Shown here piece by piece: positions 45,790 through 52,779 of a DNA stretch of 52,779 bases. The DNA is from Candidatus Bathyarchaeia archaeon (GTDB lineage: Archaea; Thermoproteota; Bathyarchaeia; Bathyarchaeales; Bathycorpusculaceae), in contig JBEKBM010000022.1 of the NCBI GenBank assembly GCA_050015395.1, positions 1 to 52,779 of the forward strand, read 5' to 3'. The first letter of the stretch is position 1, and every line of letters starts with the position of its first letter. A program made the translations under genes and the position numbers. The notes under the pieces are model-generated. The model worked only from the letters and a program-made list of their open reading frames with translations, was not told the origin of the DNA and made no database searches.

Positions 45790-45844
45790 AAAAACAAGAA
45801 TCAAGATTTTTTAACGAAAACCAAGATTTAAAAAAGATTTTTGG

Positions 45845-46118
45845 TGTGTATTTAGCTGGTGCTTTTAGTCCACGTAATTATTGTGTTATGCTTTTAGCAT
45901 TCTTATTTCGATAGTAAATAGTACTCTCCCTCCCCTTTCTGGAAGAGCTTGTTTTGGATTGCTTTTTTGGTTTAGGGTTTGAATTAGCGTTAGGCTGCAG
46001 TATTTTTGGTAAATTTGGTATATAAAGGGGAAAAAGGCATTGAAGAGTGCTTGCTTGTGAGCCTGCAATGTTTAAAACCAAATTGCAAACAGGTAAATCG
46101 AGCTGTCCTAAATACACA
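45845..46118. mobile_element. Dispersed repeat copy B; MITE-like element with 11-bp terminal inverted repeats
   Basis: tgtgtatttag (45845-45855) ... ctaaatacaca (46108-46118). Its first ~125 nt are shared with 6801-6918. Confidence 0.5.
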
Positions 46119-46164
46119 TAAATTTTAGAACTCTTAAACGGGAAAAGTGGTTAAAACTTTAATT

Positions 46165-46473
46165 TTAGATGAGTTCAATTGTCACGTGGACTTCTTCGGG
46201 CACACGGATGCGCATGATTCTACGCATAACTCGCTCTTCCGAGTCAATGTCGATTAATCGTTTGTGAATGCGCATTTCCCACCTGTCCCACGTGGCGGTT
46301 CCTTCACCTGATGGTGCTTTTAGAACTGGCACTCGCAATCGTTTTGTAGGCAATGGTACTGGACCGTTGATTTTCACGCCTGTCTTCTGTGCTATGCTCT
46401 TCAGTTCTCCGCATACCTCTTCAAGTTTGCCGTAATCTGTGCTTGTGAGGCGTATTCGCGCTTTTCTTACCAT
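46165..46473 (-). CDS. rps10: 30S ribosomal protein S10 (uS10)
   Basis: [28 protein letters not shown]. Confidence 0.97.
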   Translation of the reverse strand: MVRKARIRLTSTDYGKLEEVCGELKSIAQKTGVKINGPVPLPTKRLRVPVLKAPSGEGTATWDRWEMRIHKRLIDIDSEERVMRRIMRIRVPEEVHVTIELI

Positions 46474-46847
46474 TTTGGTCCATCAATCCAATGTTTTGCC
46501 GTTTAATATATGTTGGTGACTCCTTAGATTTAAGCGGAACATAAAAACCTATCGACGCACAAAAAAAGGTATAGCGGAAATTCTACGTTTATAGCTTGTA
46601 ATTCACTCTCAAATGTAATTTATAACTTTGCGCTTCTGAGGGCACCTATCTTTTTTGACGCAAATTTACTAACAAAAAAGCCTACCCTACTCCCTACCCG
46701 CACTTTACAATAGTTTTCACTGGCTAAAGTGCGCCTATCTCCCTATCCTCTTTTTGCTACCCAAACGACCCGACAAAAATAGTCCCCATATCCCATAGTT
46801 ACTGAAAGAATAATCTTGGTCTCTTTATCGACTTAAGAAAACAAACA

Positions 46848-47060
46848 TTAAGTGCTGATTCGTTTTCTAATTGCTTCGTACTGTTCGGGCGTGAACACTT
46901 CTTCTTCACATGCGGGACATCTAAGTGCCTTTACGTTATGCAGTATAACACCGTCAAGTTCAAAGTCAAACTCGACTTCGACGTATTCAACGCAACATGT
47001 CGGACAAAGTAAAGCACTTGCCCTAATGCTTCTCGGTTTATTCGGTGAATTTTTTTCCAA
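46848..47060 (-). CDS. YgiT/MqsA-type zinc-finger protein
   Basis: CPTC...NVKALRCPACEEEVFTPEQ; start uncertain. Confidence 0.65.
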   Translation of the reverse strand: MEKNSPNKPRSIRASALLCPTCCVEYVEVEFDFELDGVILHNVKALRCPACEEEVFTPEQYEAIRKRIST

Positions 47061-47511
47061 GCTCTTCTGCCCAAGCCTCTACCTTAGCCAAGTCCGTGTT
47101 GTCTGACACGGTTTTGCCGAGGATTTTTATGCGTCCGCCGAAGGCTTCCGTAGCTACTGCGTTAATGTTTGGATATTTAGATAGGGTGTTTTCTACAAAT
47201 TTGATTTTTGCTTTTTCGTAGCTTCCAGGCGTCCCAGCCTCAGCCGAGGAAACAAAAAAAGCCACCCGTTTACCGCTGAGGTCGCTTTCAAGAAACTTTA
47301 ACGTTTTATCGTAAACTTTGCCAACTCTTACGCCTCCACCGATAACTACGCTCTGATATTGTGCTATGTCGGGGACTTTTTGCTCTTTGAGGTCAACCAA
47401 GTCAACTTCTAACTGATATTTGGAACGCAAGACGTCGGCAATTTTTCTCGCTGCCTCTTCAGTAGCTCCACCCTTAGTCTCATACGCTATAAGAGTCTTG
47501 TTTCCATCCAT
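47038..47511 (-). CDS. Flavodoxin-domain protein (HemG-like)
   Basis: YETKGGATEEAARKIA, VVIGGGV, FGG motifs. Confidence 0.85.
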   Translation of the reverse strand: MDGNKTLIAYETKGGATEEAARKIADVLRSKYQLEVDLVDLKEQKVPDIAQYQSVVIGGGVRVGKVYDKTLKFLESDLSGKRVAFFVSSAEAGTPGSYEKAKIKFVENTLSKYPNINAVATEAFGGRIKILGKTVSDNTDLAKVEAWAEELGKKFTE

Positions 47512-47514
47512 TTT

Positions 47515-47871
47515 TTAAGCACTTCCATGCGACTCTTCAATCGGCGCAATTCTAGTGCCGCAGTTATTGCAGAAAACTGAGCCATTAGGATTCTTTGTGC
47601 TGCACTTCGGGCAAGCAACAGTTTCTGGCGCCGCAGGTTTTTGCTGTAGGTTCTCTTTTGCTTTCTGGATGGCCGAGTGCGTTTCTCGCGCGGCAATATT
47701 GAATGCTTTCTCAAGCTCTACTCCCACACTATAAAAAGCATCCCGCAACTCGTCAGAAGGATAAACAGCGTTTGCAGCTCTACCTTTCGCGGTCTTAAGG
47801 CCGCATTTTGGGCAAAAATATGCGTCATCAGCTATTTTTTCGCCACAGTTAGAACAGTTAGCCAAACTCAT
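47515..47871 (-). CDS. Double zinc-ribbon protein
   Basis: CSNCG...FCPKCG and CPKC...FCNNCG flank a helical linker. Confidence 0.85.
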   Translation of the reverse strand: MSLANCSNCGEKIADDAYFCPKCGLKTAKGRAANAVYPSDELRDAFYSVGVELEKAFNIAARETHSAIQKAKENLQQKPAAPETVACPKCSTKNPNGSVFCNNCGTRIAPIEESHGSA

Positions 47872-48101
47872 TCACCATAAATATCCATGTTGTATTGCAA
47901 ATTTAAGCCTTTACTGATTTATGCAATTAGATAAAAAAAAGGTATACGAAAAAAGTTAGGTAAGAAGGGCTGAGAAGGCTCTGAATGAAATGAATAGACA
48001 TTTGCATTTTTTTCTCCTAAATCGAATGCTTAATAAATGCCCAAGGCTTCAGCAAACCTTCTTTTGTGCAAATAAGAAAGCAGTTGCTACCATTTTTCAG
48101 A

Positions 48102-49085
48102 TCAGAATGTTGATATATACTGTTGTGGCGTTGGCCACCTGTCGGGGATTTTCCTTGCGCTTGCCTCGATTTTTGTTACACCGCAAATTCTGGCGATTTG
48201 ATCTTGGATGCCGAATGAGTGCGCCATATCTCTTATCATCGCTGACAATTGCAGATCATAATCACCGATAGTTTTAATAATTATGATTACGTCAGGTATT
48301 TTCGCAAGTGACTCGACTACTGTATCAGGCAAGCCGTTGGAAGTCGTAAAAGCTATGTTGAAGTCTAATATCGAGGTATATCCAATTTTATTTGGGTTTA
48401 TTTGGATTGAAACCTTTATTGCGCCCTTTTCCCTGAGTTTATGATACCTTTTTACGACCGTGTCGGTTGATAATCCTATTTCTTTGGCAATTTTAGTAAA
48501 CGAGACACGCCCGTTCAACGTGAGTTTTCCTACTATTTGCTTGTCTAAGTCGTCAATTGTAATTTCATCGGCCGGCATACGGATTGCCTTCTTTGAATTC
48601 GGTTGATTGCTTTTGTTGGCGTCTTTCAGAGTGCCCGTGAGGTTCAAGTTTTCAGGGATGTTTCTAACGCCAGTCCAAATATAAGTTTTTAAACCCATAG
48701 TGGGAAGCTTTCGTTTAATTACCTGCTTCACATGATCCAATTCATTTAGGTCCCTTAAAGTTGCAATCGCTCTAACATTGTAAACACTGTTATACTGCCC
48801 GTAAGCACGCACCTCAGTTATTTTTCCTATAAATTCCATAACCTGTTCCATCTGCTGAGCCTCAACACTGATAAGCAGAGTTGCAAGCGCATCATAGCCG
48901 AAGTGACCAAAATTCATCTGGATAGTTGCCCCTTTAATTATGCCTTTTTTTTCCATCGCCCTGCAGCGTTTCCAAACTTTGTTTTTTGATACTCCGCATT
49001 CTTTTGCTATTTTATCGTAACCTGTCCGCCCGTCTGCAAGCAGATTTTTAAGTATCCTTGAGTCAAGCTCATCGATTTTAGGCAC
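48102..49085 (-). CDS. Lrp/AsnC regulator with two HTH-RAM units
   Basis: IDELDSRIL..DGR and IDDLDKQIV..NGR HTHs; GDYDL in the second RAM domain. Confidence 0.9.
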   Translation of the reverse strand: MPKIDELDSRILKNLLADGRTGYDKIAKECGVSKNKVWKRCRAMEKKGIIKGATIQMNFGHFGYDALATLLISVEAQQMEQVMEFIGKITEVRAYGQYNSVYNVRAIATLRDLNELDHVKQVIKRKLPTMGLKTYIWTGVRNIPENLNLTGTLKDANKSNQPNSKKAIRMPADEITIDDLDKQIVGKLTLNGRVSFTKIAKEIGLSTDTVVKRYHKLREKGAIKVSIQINPNKIGYTSILDFNIAFTTSNGLPDTVVESLAKIPDVIIIIKTIGDYDLQLSAMIRDMAHSFGIQDQIARICGVTKIEASARKIPDRWPTPQQYISTF

Positions 49086-49215
49086 GCAGTTTTCCCTTTT
49101 GTAAAGCTTATGCGAATTTTTGAGATTTAAAATTTCTTATTTTCTTGGAATATTTTGATTAAAAATGCAAATTTCTTTAATTTTTGGCTACTTTGACGAC
49201 TAGATAGGATCTTGT

Positions 49216-50151
49216 TTAAAAAGTTGATATGCATTGGCGCGGGGTTGGCCATTTGTCTAACACTCTCACCACTTCCATGTCCATTCTCAATATTCCTTGA
49301 ATTTTTCCAAGCTCTTCTTGAATTGAAAGCAATTGGTCTGCATCCTGTATCATTGCCCATATTTGCAAGTCGTAGTCTCCTGTTGTTTTCATGATGCTTA
49401 TGATATCAGGTATCCTGCTGATTTTCTCAATAACTAAGAATGACTTTTCATGCGAGGTGACAGTAAAAAAAAGGCACAAAGCTTGATATCCAATTTTGAG
49501 AGGGTTAACTTGAATTGTGACTTTTAATACACCGTTTTTCTTTAGTTTTTCATATCTCCTTTTAGCAGTATCAGAAGAGATTCCTATTTCTCTACCGAGC
49601 GTCTCCATAGACACCCGTCCGTTCTCAGAGAGTTTATCCGCTATTTTTTGATCAATTTGATCGATAACCATGGTTTGAGGATGGCGTTGTTTCTGAGTCT
49701 GCGTCTGATAACTGATTGTTTCCTCAACATTCTTCCTGTTATCAGGAATTATTGCCAAGTTCTCGTTCATTTCTTTAACACCTGTCCAGATTGCAGTTTT
49801 CATTTCCAAGACCGAAAAATGCCTTTTAATGGCGTCTTTGATGTCGTTCAATTGTTCAAGCGTTTTAAGAATTGTAATAGCATCTATATTCCCTTTTGCC
49901 CCTCTACTATAGAAGCTATAAACCTCTGGCATCTTCTGCAAGTACCCGATAAGTTGATCTGCTTGTTGTGAGTCAACATTGATTAAGATGTGTGCTACTG
50001 CTTTGTAACCAAAACTTTTATAATTAATGTGTATTGTTGCGCCTGTAATTATTCCCATTTCTTCCATTTTGCCAAAATTTTTCTTAACACTTTCCTTTGT
50101 TTCGCCTATTTTTTTGGCAATTTCGCTATCAGTTTTGCGTCCATCGGCCAA
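49216..50151 (-). CDS. Lrp/AsnC regulator with two HTH-RAM units (paralog)
   Basis: Same architecture and shared C-terminus (WPTPRQCISTF vs WPTPQQYISTF). The reading frame extends upstream (VQAKILKEL) without ATG. Confidence 0.88.
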   Translation of the reverse strand: MADGRKTDSEIAKKIGETKESVKKNFGKMEEMGIITGATIHINYKSFGYKAVAHILINVDSQQADQLIGYLQKMPEVYSFYSRGAKGNIDAITILKTLEQLNDIKDAIKRHFSVLEMKTAIWTGVKEMNENLAIIPDNRKNVEETISYQTQTQKQRHPQTMVIDQIDQKIADKLSENGRVSMETLGREIGISSDTAKRRYEKLKKNGVLKVTIQVNPLKIGYQALCLFFTVTSHEKSFLVIEKISRIPDIISIMKTTGDYDLQIWAMIQDADQLLSIQEELGKIQGILRMDMEVVRVLDKWPTPRQCISTF

Positions 50152-50249
50152 TAATTCTTTCAGAATTTTGGCTTGAACTACACTTACTTGCTCGTGTAAG
50201 ATTAATGTCCCTCGTTGACGTTCATGGTACTTTTTTCATATTTAAATTA

Positions 50250-50390
50250 ATCGCACATTTTACATTTGTGGTTTATTGTATCATTTTTGTAATTATTTGT
50301 AAAACTTATGTTTTTGCCTTTTTTTGTAAAAAATTGCAATTTTATTTGAGTTTTTTGTTAATTTTGTAAAGTTTTAAATATAAAATAGAG
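50250..50390. promoter_or_regulatory. AT-rich divergent promoter with repeated ttgtaa motifs and a 16-bp palindrome
   Basis: aaaaattgcaattttt at 50329-50344; four ttgtaa copies; ttttaaatata TATA-like element. Confidence 0.5.
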
Positions 50391-50425
50391 AGAGAAGGCT
50401 TGATTACAGAAAAAGGAGAATAAAA

Positions 50426-52779
50426 ATGAAAACCATAAGAAAATCTGGAAAAATCAAAGTATTAACCGCAGTTACGCTGATTCTGTTGATGACTATGTCC
50501 GCTTTTGCTTTCACTCCGCCGCCAGTTAAAGCGCAAGCATCTTCGTCGTCAGCAACTATCTACATGTTCATCACTGCAACCAACGCCGGGCTTGGCCAGA
50601 ACATGCAAGTTGTAGTCTTTATGAGCTCAGTCACGCCAGATGCTGTTGAGAACACAGGTTCACGATGGCAAGATATAACAGTGAACATAACAAGACCTGA
50701 TGGAACCACCGACTCGAAGTATTTCGCCTCGCTTGATGCGGTTGCTTCAGATTTCTTCTACTATAATGCATCTATGGTCGGCACCTACTCATTCCAAGGA
50801 AGCTTCCCAGGACAGACAATCCAGCCATTCTACAATGTAATGACTACAATGTCTTCATTAGTGCCAATAGTATACGGCCCTGCCAAAAGCGCCGTAGTTA
50901 CTGTTAACGTTACAACAACACTAGCACCCGCACCCGTCAGCATTCCGTTTCCCACTGCTTATTGGACACGCCCAATAAGCGCAATAAATAACAACTGGTG
51001 GTCAATATCCAGCAATTGGCTCTTGCCAGGCTGGGATACGATGATGCGACAGTTCGACCAGGGCAGCGCATACGACAGGTACACGACAGCGCCAAACAGC
51101 GCCCACATCCTATGGACTAGTCCATTGACCTTCGGCGGTCTCATAGGAGGCGAGTTCGCTGGAGCAGCTTTCTATAACGGAATGTCTTACGAGCAGTACT
51201 TTAAGCCACCCGTCATCATAGATGGCCGCATATACTACAACACCATCGTTGCAAATGAACCGACAGCGGAAGGAACCTTTGGCGGCGTCAACGGCTACAC
51301 CACCGTAACCCAAGAATCTCAATCTAGCATCACATGCAAGAGCTTAGAAACTGGACAAACGATAATGACCATACCTAATGCTTCACTGGGCTTCGGTCAA
51401 ATCTACAACTTCATTTCGCCCAATCAAGGCGGAGGCATTGCATACCTTTGGGATACCAACGGACCAGGAGGAACTTGGAAGATGTATGATGCGTGGACCG
51501 GACAGTACATACTCAGCCTCACCGGCGTGCCTTCAGGAACGTTGGTCGAGGATAACGATTGGGGCGGGCCAGGAGATATTCTTATCTACACCGTTAACGC
51601 AGCCACAGGAACATTGAGCTGTTGGAATTCAAGTCGCACGCTGCTGCCAACTACGCCGGCAAGCCTTAACCCCATACTTGGGTATTTGCCAGCAAGCTTG
51701 GTCGCATTGTTACAACAGAACCCCTACACTTGGAGACCAGAAAACTACATGGGACAAACCCTCAACGCGACAGGAGTAACAACCATGAACATAGCAGCAT
51801 TCGCTCCGTATATCATGAACTTTGACACAAACGGCACTGAATGGACAGTACCAATACCAGACTTCGCTAAACTCAACGCAACAGGAACACCAACCATCCA
51901 ACAAATTGGCTACGACAACACAATTTGGCTAATGTCGGGAAAAGGCGCCCTTGGAGCTGTCTTTTCAATGTCTCCCTACGAAACATGGGCCAGCTACAGT
52001 ATGACCAATGGCGCACTATTATCAGCACCAGTAAACATAGACTTAACTACAAAACTTCCGGCTAACGGCACGGCATATGACGGAGTAGATTCACCACGCA
52101 TAATAAGCAGCGATGGAACTCTTGCAGTGTACAATAAAGAGACACTTTCGTTTTACGCTTGGAACGTCAAAACTGGACAATTCGCATGGGGGCCAACAAC
52201 ACCCTACACAAACGGTTGGGCATTATACAACTGGGAAGATGACTTCGTCGTAAACAATCTGATGTACAACTGGGGCTTTGACGGCGTGCTGCATGCCTTT
52301 AACATGACGAACGGCGACAACGTTTGGAACTTCAACGCTGGAATTGCTGGAAGTCTGAACCCCTACGGAGTGAACGCCCTGTACCAAGGCATACTCGTCG
52401 CTGATGGCAAAATCTTCGCGCTGACTGGAGACCACGGCAACGGTGTACAACCTCTTTACCAAGGCGAAATGCTGTACGCTATAGACGCCACAACAGGAGC
52501 CAGCCTCTGGAATATGACAGGTTGGTTCGACCAGCCAGCAATCGCGGACGGCGTAATGTTAACGCAGAATCTCTACGACAACCAAATCTACGCTTTCGGT
52601 CAAGGCCCAAGCGCTACAACAGTCACGACATCACCCGAAGTCGGGGGTGTTATAACTATTCAGGGAACAGTTACTGACCAAAGTCCTGGAGCTATCGGCA
52701 CCCCAGCAATCGCTGATCAATACATGAGTACATGGATGGCTTACCTTTACGAGCAGCAGGCACTTCCAAGCAACTTCCC
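50426..52779 (+). CDS. Large secreted PQQ-type beta-propeller protein, 3' truncated by window edge (not in ORF track)
   Basis: aggag RBS; signal peptide MKTIRK...; TRPDGT, YWTRPI, APNSAHILWT..LTFGGLIGG and repeated A.D..TG...W blade motifs. Confidence 0.88.
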   Translation, partial: MKTIRKSGKIKVLTAVTLILLMTMSAFAFTPPPVKAQASSSSATIYMFITATNAGLGQNMQVVVFMSSVTPDAVENTGSRWQDITVNITRPDGTTDSKYFASLDAVASDFFYYNASMVGTYSFQGSFPGQTIQPFYNVMTTMSSLVPIVYGPAKSAVVTVNVTTTLAPAPVSIPFPTAYWTRPISAINNNWWSISSNWLLPGWDTMMRQFDQGSAYDRYTTAPNSAHILWTSPLTFGGLIGGEFAGAAFYNGMSYEQYFKPPVIIDGRIYYNTIVANEPTAEGTFGGVNGYTTVTQESQSSITCKSLETGQTIMTIPNASLGFGQIYNFISPNQGGGIAYLWDTNGPGGTWKMYDAWTGQYILSLTGVPSGTLVEDNDWGGPGDILIYTVNAATGTLSCWNSSRTLLPTTPASLNPILGYLPASLVALLQQNPYTWRPENYMGQTLNATGVTTMNIAAFAPYIMNFDTNGTEWTVPIPDFAKLNATGTPTIQQIGYDNTIWLMSGKGALGAVFSMSPYETWASYSMTNGALLSAPVNIDLTTKLPANGTAYDGVDSPRIISSDGTLAVYNKETLSFYAWNVKTGQFAWGPTTPYTNGWALYNWEDDFVVNNLMYNWGFDGVLHAFNMTNGDNVWNFNAGIAGSLNPYGVNALYQGILVADGKIFALTGDHGNGVQPLYQGEMLYAIDATTGASLWNMTGWFDQPAIADGVMLTQNLYDNQIYAFGQGPSATTVTTSPEVGGVITIQGTVTDQSPGAIGTPAIADQYMSTWMAYLYEQQALPSNF

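Noticed and set aside
45878-46117. 79-aa and 60-aa ORFs inside repeat copy B as a transposase
   Set aside because: Too short, no DDE/HUH motifs, and they overlap the non-coding repeat.
46560-46800. Low-complexity cctaccc/cctatc words and aaaaaaaaggtata (also at ~47933)
   Set aside because: Short and irregular; compatible with minus-strand oligo-T terminators and composition bias.
46848-47060. MqsRA toxin-antitoxin system
   Set aside because: Only the Zn-finger part is present; there is no HTH and no adjacent toxin.
980-52462. Numerous 60-160 aa antisense or alternate-frame ORFs inside rpo, hem, cbi, rad50 and propeller genes
   Set aside because: Shadow ORFs of well-supported genes with no independent motifs.

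Overview
Archaeal chromosomal window, most consistent with Bathyarchaeia (TACK). This is inferred from the unsplit RNA polymerase largest subunit and a large PQQ-type beta-propeller surface protein with motifs typical of that group. In order, the window holds: the end of the RNAP operon (rpoB 3' part, fused rpoA1/A2, rpl30e, nusA); a decayed hicBA pair; a three-gene SMC5/6-like ATPase + kleisin-like + kite-like operon; nucS; small nucleic-acid-related genes; a ~6 kb defence-type island (MNT-HEPN, TIR fusion, HEPN-Mrr fusion, wHTH, stand-alone HEPN) cut into modules by five direct copies of a tRNA-Leu 3' half and bracketed by a ~430 bp duplication containing the 3' end of hemD; an ~18 kb tetrapyrrole/anaerobic corrin cluster with a CbiMNQO cobalt transporter; mre11-rad50; an AN1-zinc-finger/M50 protease; an orphan rps10; two internally duplicated Lrp/AsnC regulators; and a beta-propeller protein running off the end. 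The two best candidates for new biology are the integrase-less tRNA-half-delimited cassette array (16.6-22.6 kb) and the compact, apparently hingeless SMC5/6-like complex (7.0-10.4 kb). All calls come from reading motifs by eye; no database searches were run.
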